The notes beneath the pieces were generated by a model. The model was not told the DNA's origin. It ran no database searches and worked only from the letters and a program-made list of their open reading frames with translations. Both the position numbers and the translations under genes were made by a program. Source: Trichormus sp. ATA11-4-KO1 (GTDB lineage: Bacteria; Cyanobacteriota; Cyanobacteriia; Cyanobacteriales; Nostocaceae). From it: a stretch of DNA of 64,000 bases. Where the stretch lies: assembly GCA_019358915.1 (NCBI GenBank), contig JAHHIM010000006.1:64001-128000 (forward strand), in the 5' to 3' direction. Within the stretch, counting starts at the first letter, position 1. Each line of letters begins with the position of its first letter. Below are positions 20,186-31,388 of the stretch, piece after piece.

Positions 20186-20854
20186 TTACTTCTTCTTAGA
20201 AGAATAAGAATTACGCTGTGGTGGGACATCTTGTCGTAATTGTTGCCGTCCATTAGTAATAATACGTAACATATCTTTGAGGTCTTGCTCGATACCTTCG
20301 AGGACACTATCAGCGTATTCATCAGCGCCATTTTCAATATCTTGAGCTTGGGCGATCGCTGTTTGTCGCATGTCTTCCAACTCTTGTAGACAAGCACGCC
20401 GCTTATGATCAATTTCGGTGAGGGTTTCTTGCATCATTGCCTCACACTCTTGTTGCACTTGTCGCCGCAACTGTTCAGCTTCCCGCTCTGCCTGTCTGAT
20501 AATATCGCTTTCAGCTAAAATTTGCGCTCTTTTGGCTTGAGCTGCCTCAATTACTTGCTGTCCATATTCTTCAGCTTCCAACAGAACTTCTTGCTTTTGT
20601 TCCAAGATGGCAGCTGCTTCCTGAAACAGCGATGGCAATGAAAGCCTGATAAAATCAAGCTGTTCTAATAACCTCTCTTCATCTACTAATGTGCGTCCTG
20701 TTAGCGGAACGCGAAAACCATAGAGAATTAATTCCTCTAAGCGGTTGAGTTCCTGTTGAATATCTACGCTTCCCGTTCCGTTGGGATACTCGTGAGAGGG
20801 GGGATAGCTTCCGTTGTAATTGGGTTCGCCATTGGAGAGTTGTGGTTGTAGCAT
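20186..20854 (-). CDS. cdv3: DivIVA-like cell division protein Cdv3
   Basis: Long coiled coil with RVPLTG...GADEYAD; immediately downstream of and overlapping coaD. Confidence 0.78.
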   Translation of the reverse strand: MLQPQLSNGEPNYNGSYPPSHEYPNGTGSVDIQQELNRLEELILYGFRVPLTGRTLVDEERLLEQLDFIRLSLPSLFQEAAAILEQKQEVLLEAEEYGQQVIEAAQAKRAQILAESDIIRQAEREAEQLRRQVQQECEAMMQETLTEIDHKRRACLQELEDMRQTAIAQAQDIENGADEYADSVLEGIEQDLKDMLRIITNGRQQLRQDVPPQRNSYSSKKK

Positions 20855-21315
20855 TTGTATATATCTAGGGCAATTTCCTGAGGAACAAGATGATCAACAG
20901 ATCCGCCAAACCTTGCAATCTCTTTTACCACACTACTACTTAAAAAACTATACTCATTTGAGGTTGCAAGAAAAACTGTTTCAATTTGAGTAGAAATAGT
21001 TTTATTAGTATGAGCCATCTGTAGCTCTACCTCAAAGTCAGAAATTGCCCGTAAACCCCGTAACAAAACCTGTGCTTGTCGTTTTTGGGCATAGTTGACA
21101 GTCAGACCGTCAAAACCGTCCACTTCTACATTCGTTAGATGTCTAGTGGTGAGACGAATCTGTTCTAGTCTTTGCTGCACAGTAAACAGTGGTACTTTGT
21201 TAGGATTTCGGAGAACAGCAACAATCACCTGGTCAAACAGCCGACTCCCACGCTGAATGATGTCAAGGTGACCTAAAGTAATAGGGTCAAAGCTACCAGG
21301 ATAAATAGCAATCAC
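20764..21315 (-). CDS. coaD: Pantetheine-phosphate adenylyltransferase
   Basis: [24 protein letters not shown] and SSSVVKE motifs. Confidence 0.97.
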   Translation of the reverse strand: MIAIYPGSFDPITLGHLDIIQRGSRLFDQVIVAVLRNPNKVPLFTVQQRLEQIRLTTRHLTNVEVDGFDGLTVNYAQKRQAQVLLRGLRAISDFEVELQMAHTNKTISTQIETVFLATSNEYSFLSSSVVKEIARFGGSVDHLVPQEIALDIYKCYNHNSPMANPITTEAIPPLTSIPTEREA

Positions 21316-21387
21316 AAGATTTTCAATGTAACAAAGCTACTCAGGTAAGTATAGGGCATGGGACAGAGAAGAGGCAGGGGGGCAGGG

Positions 21388-21560
21388 CAGGGCTGTTTCA
21401 TTCGCTTGTGTTAGAGATTTGTCAAGAGGATAATCTCACGCAAAGGCGCAAAGACGCAAAGAAAAATCAGGTATTTCGGACTGAAGATGCCAAAATTTTT
21501 GGTCTTAATTGTGGATTTGCCCTTGCAATTTTAACCCTTTTAGGGAACGAATCAGCCCTG
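21388..21560 (+). mobile_element. MITE family C, inserted in a GGGGCAG-type STRR
   Basis: Imperfect terminal inverted repeats CAGGGCTGTTTCATTC/GAACGAATCAGCCCTG; internal CGCAAAG repeats; truncated copy at 41213-41327. Confidence 0.75.
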
Positions 21561-21757
21561 GGGGGCAGGGGGGCAGGACAGTGGTAATTTAATTTTTGGA
21601 GTTACCTAACATAAGTTTTTTCTCCTCCGCTCCCCATCTCCCCATCCCCCCATCTCCCCACTCCCCAGCAAAACCTGCTCTAATTGATAAAGCCCCTTTC
21701 CGTCATGGGGTTGACAGATAATAACAATTAATAATGTCGTCAACTAGGTAGTTTTGC

Positions 21758-22624
21758 ATGGTACTGGATTTTTCCACTTTGCCTTTGGCGTTTCAATTTA
21801 CTTCTCCGGGCCCAGTTTTGGTAGATATAGGGCCAATAAGTATTCGCTGGTATGGCTTGTTGATTGCCACAGCTGTGTTAATCGGCGTTAGCCTTTCCCA
21901 GTATCTGGCCAAACGCCGTAACGTTAATCCAGAATTGCTGAGTGATTTGTCAATTTGGCTGGTGATTGGGGCAATTCCCGCAGCGCGTCTTTATTATGTT
22001 TTGTTTCAGTGGTCAGAATACTCCCAGCACCCAGAGCGAATTATCGCTATTTGGCAAGGAGGTATTGCCATTCACGGTGCAATTCTCGGTGGTATTTTGG
22101 CGGCTGTAATCTTTGCCAAACTGAAGCAGATTTCTTTTTGGCAACTGGCTGATTTAGTGGCTCCTTCGCTGATTTTAGGGCAGGCGATCGGCCGTTGGGG
22201 AAATTTCTTTAACTCTGAAGCTTTTGGTCGTCCTACTAATTTACCTTGGAAGCTATATATTCCACCGGAACATCGCCCTGCTGAGTTAGCTAATTTTGAA
22301 TACTTCCATCCCACTTTCCTCTACGAATCTCTGTGGAATTTAATGGTATTTGCCTTGCTCATAACTTTATTTTTTCGGGGTTTATCTGGCAAGCCACGCC
22401 TGCGCTTAGGTACACTATTTTTGGTTTACTTGGCAACCTACAGCTTAGGCCGTCTATGGATTGAAGGTTTTCGCATTGATAGTCTGATGCTGGGACCACT
22501 GCGAATAGCACAAGTCGTGAGTTTCACAGGCATTATTTTAGGATTAGCTGGTTTAGCTTGGCTTTACTTACGTAAGCGTCCTTTACCTGATGTGGTTTCT
22601 CAGCCGATGATAAGTGACAGTTGA
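21758..22624 (+). CDS. lgt: Prolipoprotein diacylglyceryl transferase
   Basis: [27 protein letters not shown] and HPTFLYES motifs. Confidence 0.97.
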   Translation: MVLDFSTLPLAFQFTSPGPVLVDIGPISIRWYGLLIATAVLIGVSLSQYLAKRRNVNPELLSDLSIWLVIGAIPAARLYYVLFQWSEYSQHPERIIAIWQGGIAIHGAILGGILAAVIFAKLKQISFWQLADLVAPSLILGQAIGRWGNFFNSEAFGRPTNLPWKLYIPPEHRPAELANFEYFHPTFLYESLWNLMVFALLITLFFRGLSGKPRLRLGTLFLVYLATYSLGRLWIEGFRIDSLMLGPLRIAQVVSFTGIILGLAGLAWLYLRKRPLPDVVSQPMISDS

Positions 22625-22853
22625 CAGGAGAAGAGTATTTTTATCAGTTCTTTTCCCTCGGCACCGCATCTCTTCTACTCAAAAATAAAAAATGCCCCAG
22701 AGTATTCTCTAGGGCTTAACCAGGGTGCATCTACCATTAATCTCTACTAGAGATAGAGGGTTAATCCGGAAAGATACTGAGAGAATACTAAAAAAATTTT
22801 TTGAGGATTTTTCTGCCTACAGGAAATTACGTAAGCAATCTAAAAATGTGTAT

Positions 22854-23636
22854 ATGAAAAATAATTTAGCTTCCCAGCAGTCAGCAGTTTACATTGTGGG
22901 AGCAGGCCCCGGAGATCCAGATTTATTAACAGTCAAAGCGCAGAAACTCCTGGCTGTTGCAGATGTCGTTTTATTTGCTGATTCCTTAGTACCAGAGCAG
23001 ATTTTACACCTTTGCCGACAAGATGCGGAAATTATTCGGACTGCGAATAAAACTTTAGAAGAGATTCTCGCACTGATGATAGAACGGGTGCGATCGCATA
23101 AATCTGTAGTTCGTCTCCATTCAGGTGATCCCAGTCTTTACAGCGCAGTCCATGAGCAAATGCGTCTTTTGGCAGAAGCTAATATTCCCTTTGAAGTCAT
23201 ACCAGGTATTAGCGCTTTTCAAGCCGCAGCCGCCAAACTCAAAATAGAGTTGACTATCCCCAGCTTAGTCCAGACTATCATCCTGACGCGCATCAGTGGA
23301 CGTACAGAAGTTCCCCCCAATGAAGAATTAGCCACCTTGGCGGCACATCAAGCGAGTCTTTGTCTTTATCTCAGTGCGCGTCATGTCGAAAATGCCCAAG
23401 CCAAACTCTTGGAACACTACCCAGCAGAAACACCTATCGCCATTTGCTTTCGCCTCGGATGGCCTGATGAAAAAATTCGGGTTGTTCCCCTCAACCAAAT
23501 GGCAGAATGTACACATCAAGAAAAGCTGATTCGTACTACACTTTATCTCATCAGTCCAGCACTTACACCAGCCACAGAGCGATCGCGTTTATATCATCCA
23601 GAACATAGTCATCTGTTTCGTTCCTCTCATCATTAG
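22854..23636 (+). CDS. cobM: Precorrin-4 C11-methyltransferase
   Basis: VGAGPGDPDLLTVK, RLHSGDPSLY and QTIILTR motifs. ATG 22854 is preferred over the ORF-track start 22725. Confidence 0.93.
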   Translation: MKNNLASQQSAVYIVGAGPGDPDLLTVKAQKLLAVADVVLFADSLVPEQILHLCRQDAEIIRTANKTLEEILALMIERVRSHKSVVRLHSGDPSLYSAVHEQMRLLAEANIPFEVIPGISAFQAAAAKLKIELTIPSLVQTIILTRISGRTEVPPNEELATLAAHQASLCLYLSARHVENAQAKLLEHYPAETPIAICFRLGWPDEKIRVVPLNQMAECTHQEKLIRTTLYLISPALTPATERSRLYHPEHSHLFRSSHH

Positions 23637-24264
23637 CTACGGTGTACACACAAGGAAATTTCTCAGTTTGTATTTATCCCGCCTCCCAATTCATTGGGAG
23701 TTTCATAGCAAAATTCCACTAAACTGGACTGAATTTAAAAAGTTACTTATTAAGTAAAAAGACAATTAATTGAGGGTATGTAAAATACTTATTTTCGATA
23801 TAGGTTATTCTAATAATTCTCATCAACATGCCTAAGAGGTCGTTAAAAAAGGGTATCTCTATGCCATATTGAAAGCAGCATAGCAAAGTGAAATACTCAG
23901 TATATCTGCAAAAGCCCAGATTATTTGCTCCACTGAGAATGACACAATTATACCCTCTGGGACTTTTCAAAAATTCTCTAATGTGCAGCAATATAAATAT
24001 TTTTTTATTTAAATAAAACCTGTATTCAATCATCTCAATAATTGAGGTAAAAATTTTTAATAAATAACTCAAAAAATATATTCACCATACAAATTGGCTT
24101 TAAAACTGAATATAAAGTGTTAACATTTATAAATAAACATGAGTGAATGATTTCACTGAATGTTACTAAAAAGACGGAATCAATCAAAGATTTCACATTT
24201 TTTAGGATCAAACTAATAAATCACAAAATTTACAGTTGAGCAATAGCCTAAAGACATAAATTCA

Positions 24265-27200
24265 ATGTTAAATCGTTTGAAGATGGGAACCAAAATTGGT
24301 GCAGGTTTTGCCATGAGTCTGGCAATACTAGCTACAATTGGTATCATCTCTTATCAAAGCACTAATGAACTAATTGCAACTTCGCGCAAAGAAAAACATA
24401 CCTATCAGGTGCTAAGTCAGCTGGAGGCACTGGAATCTCAACTGATATACGCTGAGACGGGACAAAGGGGTTATATCATTACTGGAGAACAGCGCTATCT
24501 GGAACCTTATAACGCTACCTCGATATTGCTGGCTCAAACAGTTAAAGAACTTAAAGAATTAACAGTAGATAATCCTCAGCAGCAGCGTCGGCTTGATAGG
24601 TTGCAGCCAATGATCAGCGAGAGAATGGCTGTAATGCAACAAATAATTAATTTGCGCCAAAGCCAAGGCTGGGAAGCTGCTCAGAAGGCTATCCTGACAG
24701 ATGAGGGCAAGCAACTAAGGAATGAAATCCAAAGAATCATCCAGGAAATGGAAGATGAGGAGAATGTACTGCTCAAACAACGCTCTGAACAGGCACAAGT
24801 GGCAGCAGGGCGAACTATTAACAGCATTACTTATAGTATTCCTTTAGTTTCTCTGATCCTAGTTTTGATTGGATTCCTATTGACCCACCATATCTCCACA
24901 CCACTAAAACAATTTTCTGATACGGCGGAAAAAATTGCCGATGGTAATTTATCAGTCAGCTTACCAAATAGCGATCGCCAGGATGAAATTGGCGTGCTGA
25001 CGCGAACCTTGAATCAGATGATTGCTAATCTGCAAAATATTACTCAAAAAAATTACGAGCAAAATTGGTTCAACTCTCATTTAGCTGAGTTTACTCAGAT
25101 GCTTCAGGGACAGCGCCATCTCAAAAGTGTGTCTCAAATGATCTTGTCGAATCTGGCACCATTAGTTGGCGCGCAGCAAGGCGTTTTCTATTTAATGGAC
25201 TCGACTGAAGACCAGCCTGTACTAAAACTTTTAAGTAGTTATGCTTATCAAGAACGTAAACACCTAGCAAATCGGTTTCGCTTAGGTGAGGGATTGGTGG
25301 GACAATGCGCCCTCGAAAAACAAAGAATTCTTTTAACTGAAGTACCAAGCGACTACATCCGCATTCATTCTGGTTTAGGCGAAGCTGTACCATTAAATCT
25401 CATTGTGTTGCCTGTCCTATTTGAGAACGAGGTAACTGCCGTGATTGAACTTGCTTCTTTGCAGAAATTTAGTAATCTGCATTTGCAATTTTTAGAGCAA
25501 TTCAGCGAAATCATCGGCGTATTTTTGAATAATATTGCTGCCAATGAACAAACTCAGCAGTTGCTAGAAGAGTCTCAGGCTTTAACAGAAGAACTCAAAC
25601 AAAGCAATCAACTTTTAGAACAGCAGACACACGAATTAGAAGCATCACAATTACTGCTAAAGCAGCAACAAGAGGAATTGAAGCAGTCTAACGAAGAATT
25701 ACAGCAGCTAAATGAGGAATTAGAAGAAAAAGCGGAATTGTTAGAAGTGCAAAATCGGGAAGTTGCCCGGAAAAATCAGGAGGTTGAGCGAGCGAGGCAA
25801 TCTTTGGCAGAAAAAGCCGAACAATTGGCTTTGTCTTCCAAATATAAATCAGAATTCTTGGCGAATATGTCTCATGAATTGCGAACGCCACTCAATAGCT
25901 TGTTAATTTTAGCCAGACTGCTGGCAGATAATTCTGAAGGTCATTTGACAGACAAGCAAGTAGAGTACAGCCAAACAATCTACTCTGCTGGGACGGATTT
26001 GCTGGAGTTAATTAATGACATATTAGATTTGGCAAAAATTGAGTCAGGAAGTCTTTCCGTAGAGATTGAGCAAATCACCTTCGCAGACTTGCAGGCATCT
26101 CTCAAGCGGACTTTCAGTCAAATTGCCCAGGATAAAGGACTCAGTTTTACAACTGAACTAGATGACAACTTGCCGGATGCCATTTCTAACGACTCCAAAC
26201 GCTTGCAACAAATACTCAAAAATCTGTTGGCTAATGCTTTTAAGTTTACCGAACAGGGAGGAGTAAAATTCCAAATTGGCATGGCTGAAGATACTGATCA
26301 AAACGGTAGTCCCATGATTGCTTTTACAGTCACCGATACAGGTATTGGGATTCCCGTTGAGAAACAGAAGATTATTTTTGAAGCATTTCAGCAAGCAGAC
26401 GGAACTACTAGCCGTAAATATGGGGGAACTGGCTTAGGCTTGTCCATCAGCCGCGAACTAGCTCAATTGTTGGGTGGGAGAATTGAATTATTCAGCCAAG
26501 CAGGACAGGGAAGTACTTTTACTCTCTACCTACCGCAGACTTACACTGGCAATCAACAAACAGTTGTTCAGGAACAAAGCAGCACAAGAGAAATTCCCTC
26601 CTTACCCGCCACCCCTCCAACAAAGTTACCCCCCGCTTACTCTAATGACATCCCCGACGATCGCGAAAAAATTCAACCAGGCGATCGCGTCTTGCTAATT
26701 GTCGAAGATGATGAGAAATTTGCCCGCATCTTCCTAGAAATCGCCCGTCAACAGGGTTTTAAAGTCATCGTCGCCCTGCAAAGCAAACAAGGTTTAGCTC
26801 TAGCACAACAATTTAAACCCGATGCCATTACCCTAGATATCCATATGCCAGATATGGACGGTTGGACAATGCTGGATCGTCTCAAGCATGATCCCGAAAC
26901 CAGACATATTCCCGTCCATATCCTGTCTGTGGACGACAGAGAGCAACGGGGGTTACAGCTAGGAGCAATTACTTACCTACAAAAACCCATATCTCCAGAA
27001 GATATCAGTCAAGCATTGACCGAAATTAAAGGCTTTATTGAGCGTAAGGTAAAAAATCTCCTCATCATAGAAGATGACCCCGTACAAGCCCAAAGTATTA
27101 TTGAATTGATCGGTAATAGTGATGTCCAAAGTACAGCAGTGAGTACAGGAGCCGAAGCACTAGCAATTTTGCAATCACAGCGATTTGACTGTATGGTGCT

Positions 27201-27855
27201 GGATTTAGGTTTACCTGATATGAGTGGTTTAGAACTGATTGAGCAGATTAAGCAAAAATCCAGCCTCTTGAAACTGCCAATCATTGTTTACACTGGCAAA
27301 GAATTAACCAGGCAAGAAGACACCCAATTAAGAAGACTAGCAGAGACAATTATTATCAAGAATGTGCGATCGCCAGAGCGTTTATTCGATGAAACTGCCT
27401 TGTTCCTCCATCGAGTACAAGCAAATTTACCCCAACCGAAGCGCCAGATATTAGAGCAACTGCGGCAAACAGATCCGGTACTGGCTGATCGCAAAATTCT
27501 CATTGTGGATGATGACTTGCGCAATATCTTTGCTATTACCAGCTTCTTAGAAAGCTATCAAATGGAAGTATTATTTGCCGAAAATGGCAGAGATGGCATT
27601 GAAATACTCCAAGCTAACCCCGACATTAATGCTGTGTTAATGGATATCATGATGCCAGAAATGGATGGTTATGAAACCACCCGTGCCATCCGCCAGCAAG
27701 AGCAATTCCGCTCATTACCGATTGTTGCTTTAACAGCTAAAGCCATGTCTGGCGATCGCCAAAAGTGCATTGAGGCAGGTGCTTCTGACTACATCAGCAA
27801 ACCTGTAGATACTGAGCAACTACTTTCTCTGCTCAGGGTGTGGCTGTATCGGTAA
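24265..27855 (+). CDS. Hybrid sensor histidine kinase (CHASE3-HAMP-GAF-coiled coil-HisKA-HATPase-3xREC)
   Basis: AETGQRGY (CHASE3), DEIGVL (HAMP), GEGLVGQCALE (GAF), [20 protein letters not shown] and three receiver domains. Confidence 0.93.
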   Translation: MLNRLKMGTKIGAGFAMSLAILATIGIISYQSTNELIATSRKEKHTYQVLSQLEALESQLIYAETGQRGYIITGEQRYLEPYNATSILLAQTVKELKELTVDNPQQQRRLDRLQPMISERMAVMQQIINLRQSQGWEAAQKAILTDEGKQLRNEIQRIIQEMEDEENVLLKQRSEQAQVAAGRTINSITYSIPLVSLILVLIGFLLTHHISTPLKQFSDTAEKIADGNLSVSLPNSDRQDEIGVLTRTLNQMIANLQNITQKNYEQNWFNSHLAEFTQMLQGQRHLKSVSQMILSNLAPLVGAQQGVFYLMDSTEDQPVLKLLSSYAYQERKHLANRFRLGEGLVGQCALEKQRILLTEVPSDYIRIHSGLGEAVPLNLIVLPVLFENEVTAVIELASLQKFSNLHLQFLEQFSEIIGVFLNNIAANEQTQQLLEESQALTEELKQSNQLLEQQTHELEASQLLLKQQQEELKQSNEELQQLNEELEEKAELLEVQNREVARKNQEVERARQSLAEKAEQLALSSKYKSEFLANMSHELRTPLNSLLILARLLADNSEGHLTDKQVEYSQTIYSAGTDLLELINDILDLAKIESGSLSVEIEQITFADLQASLKRTFSQIAQDKGLSFTTELDDNLPDAISNDSKRLQQILKNLLANAFKFTEQGGVKFQIGMAEDTDQNGSPMIAFTVTDTGIGIPVEKQKIIFEAFQQADGTTSRKYGGTGLGLSISRELAQLLGGRIELFSQAGQGSTFTLYLPQTYTGNQQTVVQEQSSTREIPSLPATPPTKLPPAYSNDIPDDREKIQPGDRVLLIVEDDEKFARIFLEIARQQGFKVIVALQSKQGLALAQQFKPDAITLDIHMPDMDGWTMLDRLKHDPETRHIPVHILSVDDREQRGLQLGAITYLQKPISPEDISQALTEIKGFIERKVKNLLIIEDDPVQAQSIIELIGNSDVQSTAVSTGAEALAILQSQRFDCMVLDLGLPDMSGLELIEQIKQKSSLLKLPIIVYTGKELTRQEDTQLRRLAETIIIKNVRSPERLFDETALFLHRVQANLPQPKRQILEQLRQTDPVLADRKILIVDDDLRNIFAITSFLESYQMEVLFAENGRDGIEILQANPDINAVLMDIMMPEMDGYETTRAIRQQEQFRSLPIVALTAKAMSGDRQKCIEAGASDYISKPVDTEQLLSLLRVWLYR

Positions 27856-27871
27856 TTGGGACTTTTACAAC

Positions 27872-28095
27872 TAAGTAGGTGGGTGGGAAAATTTATCGCT
27901 AGGATAAGGCAGAAGGCAGTCCCAATGAAACGAGTTTCACAGCCAAGTATGAAAGAGAGACTAGAAGCTAGAGACTGGAATTTTTACTCAGCACTTTCAA
28001 GTCAGAAGGCAGAAGGCAGGAGGCAGAAGGGAAGAGGGTTTTAAGCTGATTCATTTTTCTTTACATAGTTGATTTTATTTGTGCCTACCTACTTA
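27872..28095 (+). mobile_element. MITE family A, copy 3, with an ~80-bp internal insertion
   Basis: Same terminal repeats and body as 8231-8354, plus extra sequence at ~27920-28002; its last TTA is the stop codon of 28093-29598. Confidence 0.85.
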
Positions 28096-29598
28096 ATGTT
28101 GCGGCAAATCTTTCACAGCCGGTCCATGCAGCACTGTACCGTCATAGCTGAAACGAGAACCATGACAGGGACAGTCCCAACTCTTTTCGGCACTGTTCCA
28201 AGCCACAATACAACCTAAGTGCGGACAAACAGCGCTCACTGCGTGAATTTCTCCTTGTTCATCCCGATAGGCAGCTGTTTGCTTACCGTTAATTGTGACC
28301 AATTTTCCTTCACCATTTACCACATCGTCCACAGAATTACCCCATCCTTGGAGGCGATCGCTCACCCAACGTGTTCCCACATCTAGGTTTTGCTTAATTC
28401 CTTCTGTGGTCACAAACGGCGTGGCGCGAGTAGCATCATATAACTCAGTCCCAGGATTTTTGATGCCCAAAATCTGGTCTGCTAGCAGCATTCCCGACAT
28501 CGTGCCTTTTGTCATCCCCCACAGGCTAAACCCAGTTGCTACATAAATATGTTGGTTGAACGGAGTCAAATTACCAATGTAGGGTAACTGATCAAAGGAA
28601 ACCATGTCTTGGGTTGACCAACGATATGCAAACGATTCAATCCCAAATCGAGAGCGGGCAAATTCTTCTAAGTCCAAGTATTTTTCTTCAGTCTTAGTCA
28701 CAGTCCCAACTTTATGTCCGCCGCCACCCACAAGTAGCAGCAAACCATCTGCGTGAGGCGTAGTGCGAATTGAATAGTATTTTTCACCAATTCCAATAAA
28801 CATCCCCTCTGGTGCTTGCGATCGCTCAATTCGTGCCCCAATAATGTAAGAACGTTGAGGATAAGTTTTGGCAAAGAATAAGCCTTGGTCGAGGATGGGC
28901 AGATTGGTGGCAATAATCACATCTTTGGCTTTAATAGTTCCCTTGTCTGTGATCACTTGACAAATTTTATCTTCTTCTACCTTCAGCACTCGTGTATTTT
29001 CAAATACATGGCTACCTTCACCAGGGATGCGATTGACGAGGTGCAACAAGTATTTGCGTGAATGAAATTGAGCTTGGTTGTCAAATTTGATTGCACCAGC
29101 AACAGGAAAAGGCAACGAAGTTTCACTGACAAAGGAGGCAGGTAAGCCCAGTTTAGTAGCAGCCTCCACCTCTTGTTGAATCCGACTTAGTTGCTCTGGA
29201 GATTCTGTAAAAGTATAGGCACTCTGGCGGCTAAAGTCACAATCTATTTGTTCTTCCTCAACGAAAGCTGCTACACGCTCTATTGCGGCTTGGTTGGAAT
29301 TTGCGTAAATCTGCGCCTTATCTTCGCCAAATTTGGCAATTAGATCAGCATAAATTAATTGGTGCAGAGAAGTAACTTTGGCAGTTGTATGACCGCTAAC
29401 GCCTGTTGATATCTGCTTTGACTCAATGAGCGCCACAGTTTTGCCAGCACGTTTTAACAATGTGGCAGCAGTTATACCCACAATACCCGCTCCCGTGATC
29501 GCCACATCTACCGTGACATCATGCGCTGGCGATGGAAAGTGAGTTTCCGGCGTTGAGTCAATCCAAAAAGAAATGGGTTTTCCAGGTATATAAGTCAT
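28093..29598 (-). CDS. FAD-dependent oxidoreductase with a C-terminal Rieske [2Fe-2S] domain (YhfW-like)
   Basis: GAGIVG dinucleotide-binding motif; CPHLGC and [11 protein letters not shown]ieske motifs. Confidence 0.92.
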   Translation of the reverse strand: MTYIPGKPISFWIDSTPETHFPSPAHDVTVDVAITGAGIVGITAATLLKRAGKTVALIESKQISTGVSGHTTAKVTSLHQLIYADLIAKFGEDKAQIYANSNQAAIERVAAFVEEEQIDCDFSRQSAYTFTESPEQLSRIQQEVEAATKLGLPASFVSETSLPFPVAGAIKFDNQAQFHSRKYLLHLVNRIPGEGSHVFENTRVLKVEEDKICQVITDKGTIKAKDVIIATNLPILDQGLFFAKTYPQRSYIIGARIERSQAPEGMFIGIGEKYYSIRTTPHADGLLLLVGGGGHKVGTVTKTEEKYLDLEEFARSRFGIESFAYRWSTQDMVSFDQLPYIGNLTPFNQHIYVATGFSLWGMTKGTMSGMLLADQILGIKNPGTELYDATRATPFVTTEGIKQNLDVGTRWVSDRLQGWGNSVDDVVNGEGKLVTINGKQTAAYRDEQGEIHAVSAVCPHLGCIVAWNSAEKSWDCPCHGSRFSYDGTVLHGPAVKDLPQH

Positions 29599-29834
29599 GG
29601 TTATATGCAGAAAGTTTTACTTTATCTGTGACTTTATTTGGCAGAGATACTACTCCAGATAAAGTACTTATTCAGATGATTTTCATCACTAAGTTAGACG
29701 ATTTATTAATTTAAAAAAACTATCTATGGGATAATAGGTATTTACCCCTTGAAGGATATTTATTTGGGTCGAGAGATGGAAAAATCAAAATATTTAATAT
29801 TCGTTTAAATGTTCATTAGATAGGTATAAATAAG

Positions 29835-30665
29835 ATGATTCTGCCCAAACCTACTTTGGAGGATATCGAAATACAGTTGCTCTTGCAGGGGATGTACCAG
29901 TACTATGGTTATGATTTCCGTAATTATGCTCTCTCTTCTCTCAAGCGCCGCATTCGGAACTTTATACACTTAGAGGGGTTAAGCAATATTTCCGCATTGC
30001 AAGAGCGCTTACTTCACGATCGCACCTGTCTAGAAAGATTTTTGTTGGCTGTGACGGTGAATGTTACATCCATGTTTCGCGACCCTAGCTTTTATCTCGC
30101 CTTCAGAAATCAAGTAATCCCAATGTTGCGCACCTATCCTTTTATTCGCATTTGGCACGCTGGATGTTCGAGTGGTGAAGAAGTTTACTCCATGGCGATT
30201 TTATTACAAGAAGAAAACCTGTACCACCGTTGCCGGATATATGCCACCGACACAAACGAGAAGGTACTAAAAAACGCCAAGAGCGGCATTTTTCCTCTGC
30301 GAATGATGCAAGAATATACTCAGCTTTACCTGAAATCAGGCGGTAAACAAGCTTTTTCCAAATACTACACTGCGGCTTATGACAATGCTATATTTCAAGC
30401 CTCCCTGAAAGAAAATATCATTTTTGCCCAGCATAATCTGGTAACGGACAGTTCTTTTAATGAATTTAATGTCATACTTTGTCGAAACGTTCTCATATAT
30501 TTTAATCAGATACTTCAAAAGCAAGTACATGAACTATTTTATAACAGTTTATGTACCTTTGGCATCTTAGGTTTAGGTCGGCAAGAATCAATCAAATTCA
30601 CTGCCTATGAAGATTATTATGATGAAATCGCCAAGGGTGAGAAGCTTTACCGGAGGCTAAATTAA
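29835..30665 (+). CDS. cheR: Protein-glutamate O-methyltransferase CheR
   Basis: VNVTSMFRD, IWHAGCSSGEEVYS and CRNVLIYF motifs. Confidence 0.93.
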   Translation: MILPKPTLEDIEIQLLLQGMYQYYGYDFRNYALSSLKRRIRNFIHLEGLSNISALQERLLHDRTCLERFLLAVTVNVTSMFRDPSFYLAFRNQVIPMLRTYPFIRIWHAGCSSGEEVYSMAILLQEENLYHRCRIYATDTNEKVLKNAKSGIFPLRMMQEYTQLYLKSGGKQAFSKYYTAAYDNAIFQASLKENIIFAQHNLVTDSSFNEFNVILCRNVLIYFNQILQKQVHELFYNSLCTFGILGLGRQESIKFTAYEDYYDEIAKGEKLYRRLN

Positions 30666-31243
30666 TGTCTTTTAAAATTGTGCTGATTGGGACTTCTTTA
30701 GGGGGATTATCGGCACTCAAAATTATCCTAGGAAATTTACCAGCAGACTTTTTGGTACCAATTGTAATTGTGCAACATCGTCACAAAAACTCAGATAACA
30801 CACTGGAGGCATTATTACAAGAACAAACATTTTTACCAATTAAAGAAGTTGAAGATAAAGATAAAATACTACCAGGAAATGTCTACCTAGCTCCAGCAGA
30901 TTATCACCTACTAATTGAACCAGGTTATTTTGCTCTCTCTACAGATGAGCCTGTTTCCTATGCTCGACCATCAATTGATGTGCTGTTTGAATCGGCAGCT
31001 GATATCTATGCTGAACAAGTCATTGGTGTTATATTGACAGGGGCAAATCACGATGGCACGCAAGGTTTGAAAAAAATAAAAGCGCGGGGAGGAATTACTA
31101 TTGTGCAGGAACCAGCCACAGCTGAAAGCTCGATCATGCCACAAGCAGCAATTTCTGCTGTTACAGTAGATTGGATTTTATCACTTGCGGAAATTGCCAA
31201 CCTACTGAAAGTGCTGAGTGCTACTGAAAGTGCTGAGTGCTGA
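30665..31243 (+). CDS. cheB: Stand-alone CheB methylesterase domain
   Basis: GTSLGG, VQHR, RPSIDVLF and LTGANHDG catalytic motifs; no receiver domain. Confidence 0.92.
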   Translation: MSFKIVLIGTSLGGLSALKIILGNLPADFLVPIVIVQHRHKNSDNTLEALLQEQTFLPIKEVEDKDKILPGNVYLAPADYHLLIEPGYFALSTDEPVSYARPSIDVLFESAADIYAEQVIGVILTGANHDGTQGLKKIKARGGITIVQEPATAESSIMPQAAISAVTVDWILSLAEIANLLKVLSATESAEC

Positions 31244-31388
31244 GTGCGCTCCTGAGCGAAGTCGAAGGAGAGTGCTAAGTGAAATTTCTACTAAGCAAGC
31301 ATAAAATGCTTATAGCTTAGAAGTAGAAAGGGTCTGGCGTGTCATAATAATTCAAGCAATCCGCTTTTGAAAGGATTGCAACCAAGCA

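Noticed and set aside
23743..24072. 109-aa minus-strand ORF
   Set aside because: It lies in a very AT-rich promoter region containing a degenerate GTCATTCT...-type repeat, and the composition is not protein-like.
27856..28044. 62-aa ORF
   Set aside because: It lies almost entirely within MITE copy 3 and translates heptamer repeats (QKAEGRRQK).
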